The notes under the pieces: generated by a model
Seen by the model: only the letters and a program-made list of their open reading frames with translations
Told to the model about the DNA's origin: nothing
Databases searched by the model: none
Shown: one piece after another, positions 47,204 through 55,665 of the stretch
Layout: every line of letters starts with the position of its first letter
How positions within the stretch are numbered: the stretch's first letter is position 1
Virus record (IMG/VR): IMGVR_UViG_3300020156_000035
Span: 1-55,665 of that record
Length of the DNA stretch: 55,665 bases
DNA from: a virus
Taxonomy: Duplodnaviria; Caudoviricetes
Reading direction: 5' to 3' (one strand)
Translations under genes and position numbers: made by a program

Positions 47204-47442
47204 CCATAGCGCGGCAGGTGGTGGAGCTGCACTTCCTGCCGCAAGCAGGGGGCTTGCGTGACCAGCGCCCCGGCGAGGTGGACCGGCTACAACGGATATA
47301 CAACATCTGGCGGGCGCTGTGGCTGTGGAACCACCGGGATTTATCGGATGACGCGAAGTGGGTACAGCAGCACCCGGCAGAATGGCGCATTGTGGAAGCC
47401 CTGATCATGGGAACGGAGAGCAGCGATGGCGGCAGTGGTTGA
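47137..47442 (+). CDS. -1 frameshift extension of the chaperone (gpGT-like)
   Basis: Slippery CCCAAAC at 47137-47143; the -1 frame is open to 47442 (…LPQAGGLRDQ…). Confidence 0.75.
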   Translation, partial: PKLIQAVVECAAKPGQRPPDELTIARQVVELHFLPQAGGLRDQRPGEVDRLQRIYNIWRALWLWNHRDLSDDAKWVQQHPAEWRIVEALIMGTESSDGGSG

Positions 47443-48700
47443 CGTACTGATCAAAGGAAAATACGAGGCCGGAAAAGCGTTCGACAGCCTGCAAGCCGCG
47501 CTCAAAACAGCCAGCGACGGCACGGGCAAGACCATTGGTAAGTTCCAGGAGTGGACGGCGGGCTTTGCCGACCTCAAAGCCGGGTTTGACGTGCTGGCGG
47601 GTGTAGCAGGTACGGCGATGCAGGCGGTACAGCAAGCCTACGCCGAAACCATCACCAAAACCGCCGACTATGCCAAAGAGGTACGCGATCTCTCGCGCAC
47701 CATCGGCGCGTCTGCCGAGGAAAGCTCCAAGCTGATCCAGGCGGCGGACGATATGGGCATCAGCTACCAGACCCTTACGTCAGCGATGGAAGGCGCAATC
47801 CGCAAAGGCGCTGATCCATCCATTGCGGGCATCGCCAAACTTGCCGAGCAGTACAACGCCATCCAGAACCCGATTGAGAAAACCGCCTTTCTGATGGACA
47901 CCTTCGGCAAGGCTGGCGCGGACCTGGGGCCGTTGATGGAGCAGGGCGCGGCAGGCATCCGCGCGATGGGTGAGGAGGCAAAAAAGGCCGGGCTGGTGCT
48001 GGACGAAAAAGCGGTACAGGCCGCGCGCAACTACGAAATCGCCCTGGATAACCTGACCGACAAGGTTGACGCGCAGCGGATCAAGTGGGGCAACGAGTGG
48101 ATACCCACCGTTACCGATGTCATTGATCTTACCATCCGCGCCAACGAAGCCACCGAGGAACACGGCACGAGCTGGTTGGCGATTGTCCCGGCCTTTGCTG
48201 CCGTCGAAAAGGCGGTCAACGCAGTCGGCGCGGCCATCGAGATGAACGCGGAAAAGGCCAACAAAGCCAGCGGGGAAATCGCCACCGCCCAGGCGCAGCT
48301 CAACAGCTTCAACGCTGCTGCCGCCGGGATGCCGGTGGTCGGTCACGGCACGTCCTACAAAGCCGGGCAGGGGCCGGCCTATCCCTATTCGGACAAAAAC
48401 CCAACCGGCTACGTGCTGGACAGCATGGGCAACCGCACCTATCCAGGGCGCGCGGCAGGTGGGCCGGTGGTGGCGGGCGTCACCTACATGGTTGGGGAAA
48501 ACGGGCCGGAGCCGTTCACCCCATCGACCAACGGCTATATCGGGCCGTCCGGCAGCGGTGGGGGCGGGGGTGGCGGTGACATCAACCTGACGGTGCAGGT
48601 CAATTCGCTGGTGGGTATCCAGGATCAGGCCGAGGCCGAGCGCATCCTGTTCCCGGTGGTTGAGAATATCCAGCGGAAATTACGACGGAACGGGCAGTAA
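47426..48700 (+). CDS. Tape measure protein (short)
   Basis: Ala-rich helical; FGKAGADL; C-terminal RAAGGPV...YMVGENGPEPF. Confidence 0.85.
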   Translation: MAAVVDVLIKGKYEAGKAFDSLQAALKTASDGTGKTIGKFQEWTAGFADLKAGFDVLAGVAGTAMQAVQQAYAETITKTADYAKEVRDLSRTIGASAEESSKLIQAADDMGISYQTLTSAMEGAIRKGADPSIAGIAKLAEQYNAIQNPIEKTAFLMDTFGKAGADLGPLMEQGAAGIRAMGEEAKKAGLVLDEKAVQAARNYEIALDNLTDKVDAQRIKWGNEWIPTVTDVIDLTIRANEATEEHGTSWLAIVPAFAAVEKAVNAVGAAIEMNAEKANKASGEIATAQAQLNSFNAAAAGMPVVGHGTSYKAGQGPAYPYSDKNPTGYVLDSMGNRTYPGRAAGGPVVAGVTYMVGENGPEPFTPSTNGYIGPSGSGGGGGGGDINLTVQVNSLVGIQDQAEAERILFPVVENIQRKLRRNGQ

Positions 48701-50163
48701 TGACCAGATACGACCGCTTTCTCTACGGCGCGAGCAAATACGGCCCATCCACCAGCGACAACCTGCTGTGGGGCCTGCTGGTGGATTGGGATGATGACGG
48801 CGCGTTTGACGGGACCAACGAAGCTGCCTGGCTCAAACACGTTGCCATCCAGCGCGGGCGCAACAACCTGGTGTCGCCCAGCGGGGACGGCTTTGACCCG
48901 ATCCAGCCCGGCACGCTGACGGTCACGCTCAACAACATTGACCGCCGCTATGACCCCTACAACGAAAGCAGCCCGTTATACCCAAATGTGGACACCGGGC
49001 GCATGATCAAGCTGCTGGTGCGGGTGGGGGCAACGGTTTACGACCTGTTTACCGGCACGATCCAGAACATCACCCCCGGCAAAAACACGGTGCAGATCGA
49101 GGCCGAGGACGGCCACCGCTGGCTGATGGACATCCCCGTCACCAGCACCGTGTACCGCAACACTACCGCCGATGCCGCCATTGGCGCGATCCTCGATCAG
49201 GTCAAATGGCCGTGGGCGCGCGCGCTGCAAAGCGGGGCGGACGTGCTGGACTACTGGTGGATGCGCGGGCGCAACGCCAACGAGGAAATCCGCTCGATTG
49301 CCGACAGCGAGTTTGGCCGCGCCTATGTCAACGCCTCGGGCGCGCTGGTCTTCTACAACCGCTTTGCCAACCGCGCGCCGGTGGCGGACGTGGACCAATC
49401 CCAACTGCTGCGCGATATGTATTTTCCCCAACCGTGGGAGGTGCGCCGCAACATCGTCCAGGTGCAGAGCAACCCGATTAGCCAGCTGGCGCTGGATGAC
49501 GTGTGGACGGCCTCGACCGAATACGCCGTGGACGGCAACGGCACAATCACCATCGAGGTGGGTTTTGACAGCCCGGCGGTCAACGTCTTGCAGCCGGTGG
49601 CAACCACCGATTACACGGCATTTTCGCAGACCGGCGGGGAAGGGGACGACCTGACCGCCAATATCACGGTCAGCGCCGTGATCTCCGCCGAAACCGCCAC
49701 GCTGACCATATCCAATTCCGGCGCGTCGCTGGCCTATCTCAACCTGCTCAAACTGCGCGGCAACCCGCTGTATACCAGCGCGGTCAAATCCCAGGCGACC
49801 GGGGCGGGCTACGACCGCCGCCCGCGCCAGCTGTCGCTCGACCTGGAATGGCAGCAGGACATCAACAACCCGGTGTCGTTCGCCTCGGATATGCTGACCT
49901 TCCTGAGCAACACCCGCGAAATGCCGGTGGTGACGCTGGAAAACCAGGGGGCCGTGCAGTTCCGGGTGGACCTGTTTGACCCGATCACCCTGCAAATCCC
50001 GGCGCGCAATCTGAGCGACACCTTCCAGGTCGGCTCAATCCAGCACGAATGGCTGGCGGAAACCGGGCAGGCGGTGCGCACGACCTGGAAGCTGGAACCG
50101 TTCAAGGAATACACCTACTGGCGCTTTCCGGTCACGTTCAACACGACAAGTATTTTGGGGTAA
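48700..50163 (+). CDS. Tail tip/baseplate hub protein
   Basis: IQRGR...PGTLTVTLNN..RRYDP, IADSEFG..YVNASG.LVF. Confidence 0.75.
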   Translation: MTRYDRFLYGASKYGPSTSDNLLWGLLVDWDDDGAFDGTNEAAWLKHVAIQRGRNNLVSPSGDGFDPIQPGTLTVTLNNIDRRYDPYNESSPLYPNVDTGRMIKLLVRVGATVYDLFTGTIQNITPGKNTVQIEAEDGHRWLMDIPVTSTVYRNTTADAAIGAILDQVKWPWARALQSGADVLDYWWMRGRNANEEIRSIADSEFGRAYVNASGALVFYNRFANRAPVADVDQSQLLRDMYFPQPWEVRRNIVQVQSNPISQLALDDVWTASTEYAVDGNGTITIEVGFDSPAVNVLQPVATTDYTAFSQTGGEGDDLTANITVSAVISAETATLTISNSGASLAYLNLLKLRGNPLYTSAVKSQATGAGYDRRPRQLSLDLEWQQDINNPVSFASDMLTFLSNTREMPVVTLENQGAVQFRVDLFDPITLQIPARNLSDTFQVGSIQHEWLAETGQAVRTTWKLEPFKEYTYWRFPVTFNTTSILG

Positions 50164-50166
50164 CCT

Positions 50167-50982
50167 ATGGCCTATAACACGCCTCCAACCAAAAACACCG
50201 GCGATGTCTTCACCGCCTCCGAGTTCAATACCTATATCCGGGACAACTTCGCCGCCGGCGTGCCGGACATCTTCGCCGCCAAGGGCGATCTGGCAGCGGC
50301 CACCGGGCCGGACGCGGCAACCCGGCTGGCGGTCGGCACAAACGGGCAGCGCCTCGCCGCTGACAGCGCGCAAAGTGCTGGTATGAAGTGGGTAGACGAT
50401 TACTACACCATCGGCGTGGTGATGGACGGCGGCGGGGGCGAAATTGAAGTCAAGGTGTATGCCGACATCGAAGCGCCGATGGCTGGCACGATCCAGCGCG
50501 TGACCGTGCTGGCGGACGCCTCGGGCTGGTTGATTGCCAATATCAGCAAGGCTGCTTACGCCAGTTACCCACCCAATACTTCGGTCTGCGGGTACAACCT
50601 CCCCGGCGTGTTTGGCGCTGGGGCCAATATTACCGGCACGGTCTCCAAAACCCTCGGCGGAACCACCCTGTCGGGTTCCGGCACATCCTTTACCACACAG
50701 TTGAGCGCCGGACAGGTAATTGACGTGCCCGGCGGGTCGGGCATCGAACGGCGCATGATTGCTTCGGTGACCAATAACACCCAGGCGGTTGTCACCGAGG
50801 CGTTTGGCTCGGCAGCGTCCGGGCAGGTATGCACCGCCTACGCCGCCGCAACCAAGTACCAGGATACTTCGCTGGGCGGCTGGACCACCAGTGTTTCCGC
50901 CGGGGATATTCTGCGGATGGAGTGCAAAGCCTCAAAAACGATTACGCGGGTAACGCTCTCGCTGCTGATCAAGAAGGTGTAA
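50167..50982 (+). CDS. Tail fibre/minor tail protein
   Basis: TASEFNTYIRDN, KGDL, RLAVGTNGQ, SGTSFTTQL. Confidence 0.75.
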   Translation: MAYNTPPTKNTGDVFTASEFNTYIRDNFAAGVPDIFAAKGDLAAATGPDAATRLAVGTNGQRLAADSAQSAGMKWVDDYYTIGVVMDGGGGEIEVKVYADIEAPMAGTIQRVTVLADASGWLIANISKAAYASYPPNTSVCGYNLPGVFGAGANITGTVSKTLGGTTLSGSGTSFTTQLSAGQVIDVPGGSGIERRMIASVTNNTQAVVTEAFGSAASGQVCTAYAAATKYQDTSLGGWTTSVSAGDILRMECKASKTITRVTLSLLIKKV

Positions 50983-50984
50983 AT

Positions 50985-51716
50985 ATGGCAGTTTCAATTG
51001 AACGATCAACGCAGAACAGCAGCCCAACATACTACATGAACGCTTACGGTGATAACTGGCATACACGTTGGGACTTTGCCGATTATGTTGTCCCTTCTAA
51101 TGTAGGGTGTGTACTCTCCTTTATATCCGCTTGCGGTAAAGCAAGTTCTTCTCAGGGCGCGCGGAAGCTTTACGATGGGTATACCGGCGACGGCTATTAT
51201 AGCTTTACCGAAAACCGAGAAGCCTATGTCGACCAGGCCTATGGGCCAGCCGCGCATATTCATTCGCTCCGGCCATCTGTCTACAAGACATATAACTTTT
51301 ACTCGATGTTTCAGGAGTCGAACGCCGTTGCGATGGGGACAGTTTTTCTGGTTTCGCTTCGTGGTGTGGATACCAGAGCGGCAGATATTATTCTTTCGGA
51401 AATCGAAACCATCGGGACAGCAGATACGTCCGCGTCATTGGCAAAAACAAAGGATATCACAGCGTCTACGACACTTGCCCTTTTGAGTATTCGCACGTCC
51501 AGCATTGCCTCCGTTGTCGCGACATCGCCAAACACGCAAATTATTATGAGCAGCTATACCCAGGACGGGAGCGATTACCTGACATCCGTTTTGTTTATGG
51601 CTCCGGGCAATGTGACGCCGATCTCTGTGGTGTGGAACCCATCAGGGATGTACGCTTTTTCCTCGGTTACGGTGAAAGGCAAAAACATAAGCGGTCAGGC
51701 ATTTATGGCTGGATAG
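50985..51716 (+). CDS. Putative receptor-binding/minor tail protein
   Basis: AAGGT RBS; S/T-rich; AT-richer than its neighbours. Confidence 0.55.
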   Translation: MAVSIERSTQNSSPTYYMNAYGDNWHTRWDFADYVVPSNVGCVLSFISACGKASSSQGARKLYDGYTGDGYYSFTENREAYVDQAYGPAAHIHSLRPSVYKTYNFYSMFQESNAVAMGTVFLVSLRGVDTRAADIILSEIETIGTADTSASLAKTKDITASTTLALLSIRTSSIASVVATSPNTQIIMSSYTQDGSDYLTSVLFMAPGNVTPISVVWNPSGMYAFSSVTVKGKNISGQAFMAG

Positions 51717-51724
51717 GAGACATT

Positions 51725-51781
51725 ATGGCAGCTTCATTTCCAAGCGCAATCACTTACAGCAGGATTCTAATTTATGGGTAA
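51725..51781 (+). pseudogene. Orphaned N-terminus of a tail-fibre gene
   Basis: AGGAG RBS plus MAASFPSAI, similar to MASAFPNTI at 52462; cut off by the HNH insert. Confidence 0.6.
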
Positions 51782-52400
51782 GTTCTTCAACTTGTCGCTC
51801 CAAATCTCTGATACGTGCAATGTAGTGCTTTTTATAGCTCTCCTCTGCACTTGTGTCGTGCTCTGGTCGCGTAGTTACAAACAGGTTTTCTGGTCTATTG
51901 TCGGTTCTTATGGCGTTCAAGTGGTGAACAATTTCGCCCGGAGCAAGAGACCTACCAAGATATTGCTCCATGACGTATCTGTGCTCAAGAATTCTTTTTC
52001 CGCCCGGAAAAGCAAGGATGATATAGCCACGGGAAAAAATTCGTGTTGGCTTTCTATCCCAGTTCACAATATCGTAATCCTTCACTGTTCTTGTTTTTAC
52101 CCCTGCAAGACGCATCCACTCCTGCACGGCGTGCTTTGTAAAGCCAAGCCTTTCTCCTATTTGGCGCATAGAAAGACCTTCTTGGGTATAAAGCCTAATA
52201 CCTTCTTTTATGACGGTATCGGAAGCCTTTGTAGATCGTACTCCAACTTCGTAAAGAAATTCATTCCATCCATAACGGCGCATAATCACCCTCGCAATAT
52301 TCGCATCAATATCGCGAGACTTCAATGGGGATGTCCGCCCCTCTGCTTGTTCCTTGATGTAATTCTCGAGAAATTCACGAGAGTATTTCACCTGTTGCAT
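51750..52400 (-). mobile_element. Free-standing HNH homing endonuclease with HTH
   Basis: EHRYVMEQYLGR...VHHLNAIRTDNRPENL; opposite strand; AT-rich. Confidence 0.9.
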
Positions 52401-52461
52401 ATATCATCCTGTTTACATAGTTTGATATATTATACCACTTCTGTATAAAAAGGTAGGATAT

Positions 52462-53184
52462 ATGGCGAGCGCATTTCCAAACACAATCAAGACATTTACC
52501 ACCAAGGTCAACGGGGTGGATGATGTGGACGCCACCCACATTAACAGCGTGCAGGAAGAAATCACCGCGATGGAAACCGAGCTGATCGCCGGCCACCGCG
52601 AGGGCTGGATACCGGCAAGCGGCACATGGACCTATGCCAGCGCGACGACCTTCACCGTGGCGGGTAACCTGACCGCCTATTTTGGGGTAGGAACAAAAAT
52701 CCGCCTGACACAGGGCGGTGGGTATAAATACTTCTATGTGGTTTCCAGTTCCTACAGCGCACCCAATACTACCGTCACGGTAGTAGCTGATGGAGCCAAT
52801 ACCCTGGCGAGCGCGGGGATTGCCAACAATTATTTTAGCTATGCCGACTGTCCGGTGGGTTTCCCGGCCTGGTTCAACTGGACGCCTTCCTGGACCGGGC
52901 TGACGGCGGTTGGCGCGGTGACCACCGCCGGGATTTTTAACATCGTTGGGCGCATGGTCAAGTTCAAAGCAACCGTGACGGCGGCGACTTCCACGGCGGC
53001 GACCGCTGTTACCACTTACATCGGCAACCCGCCCATTTCGCCCATTGGTTACGACGTGGTGCTCGCCACAGACACCAACGTTAGCACGATTGGAACGAGC
53101 CTGAGCGCCCCCAACCGGTTGTATGTACCCACCTGGTCGGCGCGGGCCGGGTTTGTGATTTTGTCGGGAACCTACCAGATTTAG
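52462..53184 (+). CDS. Minor tail/fibre protein
   Basis: DATHINSVQEEITAMETEL, WTPSWTG, IVGRMV. Confidence 0.7.
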   Translation: MASAFPNTIKTFTTKVNGVDDVDATHINSVQEEITAMETELIAGHREGWIPASGTWTYASATTFTVAGNLTAYFGVGTKIRLTQGGGYKYFYVVSSSYSAPNTTVTVVADGANTLASAGIANNYFSYADCPVGFPAWFNWTPSWTGLTAVGAVTTAGIFNIVGRMVKFKATVTAATSTAATAVTTYIGNPPISPIGYDVVLATDTNVSTIGTSLSAPNRLYVPTWSARAGFVILSGTYQI

Positions 53185-53196
53185 CCGTGACCGCGC

Positions 53197-53559
53197 TTAC
53201 TGGCACTTTACGTATTCGACCCGCCAGTAGTTGTCTTTGGTCTGGTATTCGGCCTGGGCGTAGCCACCCGCGCAGGTTCCCAACTTCACCAGCGTATGCG
53301 CGGGGATCACCGAGGATGGGGTATAGACGCGCTTGTTGGAGGTGTCCAGGTGGAACAGATACGCCTGCACCTCACGGGTGGTTTCGACCACATCCACGCC
53401 CACCGGCCCGGAGAAGTCGCCAATGCCCGAGGGCTGCGCGGTGGCAACCGACTTGCCGATATTGGGCGGCGTGGGAACATCGGTATCAGGCGCGGGGTAC
53501 ATGAAGAACGATAGCGCGGCAAGCAGGACAAGAACAACAACGGCGGCAAAATGTTTCAT
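53197..53559 (-). CDS. Exported/membrane-anchored moron protein
   Basis: Signal-like N-terminus; own promoter TTGCAG-17-TAACAT at 53600-53628. Confidence 0.65.
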   Translation of the reverse strand: MKHFAAVVVLVLLAALSFFMYPAPDTDVPTPPNIGKSVATAQPSGIGDFSGPVGVDVVETTREVQAYLFHLDTSNKRVYTPSSVIPAHTLVKLGTCAGGYAQAEYQTKDNYWRVEYVKCQ

Positions 53560-53721
53560 GGTTTGTTTCCTTTATGTGTGCGGTAATGGTTTATTTACCA
53601 TGTTATCAGATATAGGACAGCACTGCAAGATTGTTGACACCATCGCCGCGATGCTGACCCGCGCGCTGCGCGAGGGAACCTGGCCGCGCGGCGGGGACCG
53701 GGGGCCGGTGGGTGGATAACG

Positions 53722-53886
53722 ATGAAACCAACGTGCAAGGCGGAAGCAGACTACGCCATCTGGCGACCGGACAACCCGCGCCTGTGGTATCGCGGCTTTG
53801 GCAAATACGCCAAACGGCAGATGAACCGGGCGAGGCGCAGACAGTGGAAGCGGGAACGAATGACAATCAGGCATGTAGACGTATAA
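53722..53886 (+). CDS. 54-aa Arg-rich peptide
   Basis: Manual translation MKPTCKAEADYAIWRPDNPRLWYRGFGKYAKRQMNRARRRQWKRERMTIRHVDV. Confidence 0.55.
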   Translation: MKPTCKAEADYAIWRPDNPRLWYRGFGKYAKRQMNRARRRQWKRERMTIRHVDV

Positions 53887-53989
53887 GGTAATAAAGATAT
53901 ACTACTGCTGATATATTAGCAATATCAGTAGAAGCAGAAATATATCAAGGAAAAAGTATGCTGGCAGTATGCGCGAACAACACAAATAA

Positions 53990-54018
53990 AATAGCCCAGG
54001 CATTTCACCTGGGCTATT
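53990..54018 (-). terminator. Intrinsic terminator
   Basis: AATAGCCCAGG/CCTGGGCTATT with a T-tract on the minus strand. Confidence 0.7.
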
Positions 54019-54032
54019 GTGCTGCGCGTGTG

Positions 54033-54332
54033 TTATTTCTGCTTGCGTGGTCGTCCGCCTTTCTTGCCGTTTTCCGCACTGGCTTTGCTGCGCTTGGCAC
54101 TTGGCACGGCGCGCATCGCGGATGCCGCCTTGCTCATTTCGGTGACAGTGTACACCGCTTCTTCTGGGCGCATCCCGCCATCGACCAGCGCGACAAACCG
54201 CTGGGCCTGCCGCTGCGTGCCAAAGTAGTAGTAAAAATCTTGACTGACGTACTCCGCCGGGGAAAGATCGGCAACCCAACCGTCTTTGCTGTTGTCAACT
54301 TCCTGCGCCTTAAAAACCCGCTTGTCGCTCAT
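54033..54332 (-). CDS. Small protein with basic ENGKKGGRP tail (putative DNA-binding)
   Basis: SAKRSKASAENGKKGGRPRK; GAGG RBS. Confidence 0.65.
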   Translation of the reverse strand: MSDKRVFKAQEVDNSKDGWVADLSPAEYVSQDFYYYFGTQRQAQRFVALVDGGMRPEEAVYTVTEMSKAASAMRAVPSAKRSKASAENGKKGGRPRKQK

Positions 54333-54380
54333 GGGTTCCTCCTCTGCTGGCCTTTGGCCCGACCAGCGGGGCTTTTTGCT

Positions 54381-54650
54381 TTATTTGTTTCCGTCAAGTT
54401 GGAACTTGACAATTTTTGTCGTTTCCGAGAAGCAGGTCCCCGCGATCCACAGGTCCCGGTAGTCGCCTTCCTGCGGAAACTCGGCGGTCGAGTTGTAGAA
54501 GTAGCGATGAACCAACCCCTTGCCGTCCGTCCATGTATCTGTTTTGTACCCGTTCCGCTTCATGTAGCGGATAATCGCGTCGAGCACATCCTCGTTGTCC
54601 CGGACCTTTGTTTGAAGTTCTTTGTTGCGCATGTCGGTTGTGTTTTTCAT
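54381..54650 (-). CDS. Hypothetical protein
   Basis: GGAGG RBS; first gene after the promoter. Confidence 0.6.
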   Translation of the reverse strand: MKNTTDMRNKELQTKVRDNEDVLDAIIRYMKRNGYKTDTWTDGKGLVHRYFYNSTAEFPQEGDYRDLWIAGTCFSETTKIVKFQLDGNK

Positions 54651-54689
54651 CTGTTCCTCCGTGTTTTTTGTTCCTGCGTTCTTGATAAT

Positions 54690-54718
54690 ATTATAAACCC
54701 AACGTTGGGTTATTTCAA
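54690..54718 (-). promoter_or_regulatory. Near-consensus promoter whose spacer is a perfect 16-bp palindrome
   Basis: TTGAAA-17-TATAAT; AACCCAACGTTGGGTT at 54696-54711. Confidence 0.8.
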
Positions 54719-54801
54719 TAGGCAAAATGCGATTTTTGGACTTTCTAATGTAATGTTCTATTTATTCGGTATGTTCTAAGAAAGGCTTTACAGGTAGGCA
54801 T

Positions 54802-55665
54802 ATGGCATATACAAAGGGTATCGACACCAGCACCCACCAGGACTCGCCCCAAATCAAAGGCAATATCGACTGGTCCAAACCTAAGCTATACGAAGTGCAG
54901 TTTGTCATCAACCGCGTGACCTTCTGCGCCACAAAGGATGATGACTTCGACCGCAACTGGAACGAGCAGCGCGGGCGTTACCTGCGCGGGGCCTACGGCT
55001 TTTGGGGCTACTGGCCCGGCGCGCCGGAGATGGGCTTGCAGGTGCGCGCCGTGGTGGATGCGCTGAAACCCGACCGGGGCGAAATGCCGGTGGTGTGGGC
55101 GGACGTGGAAAAGGCCAATAACAACTACCGCCCGCTGCCGCCTCGCGCCGAAGCCCTGGCGCTGCTGGAACGCTACATGAAGGGCATCGAGGACGGGCTG
55201 GGCATGGGAACGGGGCTGTATACCAACATCTCCGGTCTGGTGGCCCTTGCGCCGATCCCGCCCTGGCTGCTGGCAAAGCCGCTGTGGATTGCCTGGCCGC
55301 TCTCCCCATCCACCGCTGAAACCACCGAAGCGTATATTGCCCGCACCGGCGTTACCCCGCCCATCGCCAAATACTGGCCCAAGCCCTTCACCTGCTGGCA
55401 ATTTTCGTGGAAGGGACCGGGGCTAGCAATGGGCATGGAAAGCCACGGTTTAGATATGAACTACTACGCCGGCAGCACCGACGCCCTGCGCGCCTGGTGC
55501 GGCCTGTCGGCCCCTACCCAACCCCCTGTAGACCCTGGAAAGGATGAACCAACCATGCACGAAAACAACTTTATCATTGTCTCCAACTACAACAACCAGG
55601 ATGCGGTCGCGTCCCCGGTGATGGACTTTGACCAACTCGCCGCCGAGGGCGTGGAAGGCTTCGGC
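54802..55665 (+). CDS. Endolysin, N-terminal GH25 (Chalaropsis-type) muramidase domain; continues across the junction to 958 (564 aa in total)
   Basis: Manual translation from ATG 54802: MAYTKGIDTSTHQ...IDW...GAYGF...WADVE...GLYTN...LWIA...WQFS...GLDMN, which are GH25 motifs. No stop codon, and in frame with the ATG at 55555 (= position 17). Absent from the ORF track because it crosses the end. Confidence 0.85.
   Translation, partial: MAYTKGIDTSTHQDSPQIKGNIDWSKPKLYEVQFVINRVTFCATKDDDFDRNWNEQRGRYLRGAYGFWGYWPGAPEMGLQVRAVVDALKPDRGEMPVVWADVEKANNNYRPLPPRAEALALLERYMKGIEDGLGMGTGLYTNISGLVALAPIPPWLLAKPLWIAWPLSPSTAETTEAYIARTGVTPPIAKYWPKPFTCWQFSWKGPGLAMGMESHGLDMNYYAGSTDALRAWCGLSAPTQPPVDPGKDEPTMHENNFIIVSNYNNQDAVASPVMDFDQLAAEGVEGFG
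55539..55665. repeat. Terminal overlap identical to 1-127
   Basis: Exact identity with the window start. Confidence 0.95.

Noticed and set aside
52411-52438. dif/Xer site (GTTTACATAG resembles an XerD half-site)
   Set aside because: No matching XerC arm, and it overlaps the HNH promoter/RBS region.
50167-53184. Diversity-generating retroelement or invertible tail-fibre cassette
   Set aside because: No reverse transcriptase, invertase or TR/VR repeat pair found.

Overview
The window is almost certainly one complete, circularly assembled ~55.5 kb temperate siphovirus-like phage genome. Positions 1-127 are identical to 55539-55665, and the endolysin ORF runs across that junction. Modules: (1) lysis and accessory genes (tandem GH25 endolysin, SGNH esterase protein, metallophosphoesterase); (2) a ParA plus small partner partition locus with adjacent repeats; (3) a cluster of small membrane proteins; (4) lambdoid replication and recombination genes (initiator with internal iterons, DnaB, RusA-like resolvase, Sak4-like ATPase); (5) a divergent repressor/Cro switch; (6) a rightward early operon (DUF4942-like methyltransferase, thioredoxin, beta clamp DnaN); (7) late genes (holin, TerS, TerL, portal, MuF, protease-capsid fusion, tail with a -1 frameshifted chaperone, short tape measure, fibres) interrupted by an HNH endonuclease and small promoter-operator cassettes. 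I recognised no integrase, so a plasmid-prophage lifestyle is inferred. A monoderm host, possibly Chloroflexota, is inferred from GAAC-N4-GTTC LexA boxes and the lack of spanins; this is not proven. The most unusual signals are non-coding: a ~380-nt promoter-to-terminator structured RNA with a kissing-loop pair, a convergent ~150-nt RNA, a tRNA-like RNA with a 13-bp acceptor stem and a 62-nt replacement of the anticodon arm upstream of the capsid gene, and a C4/CI-type antisense switch in front of the replication operon. All calls come from reading the sequence by eye; no searches were run.
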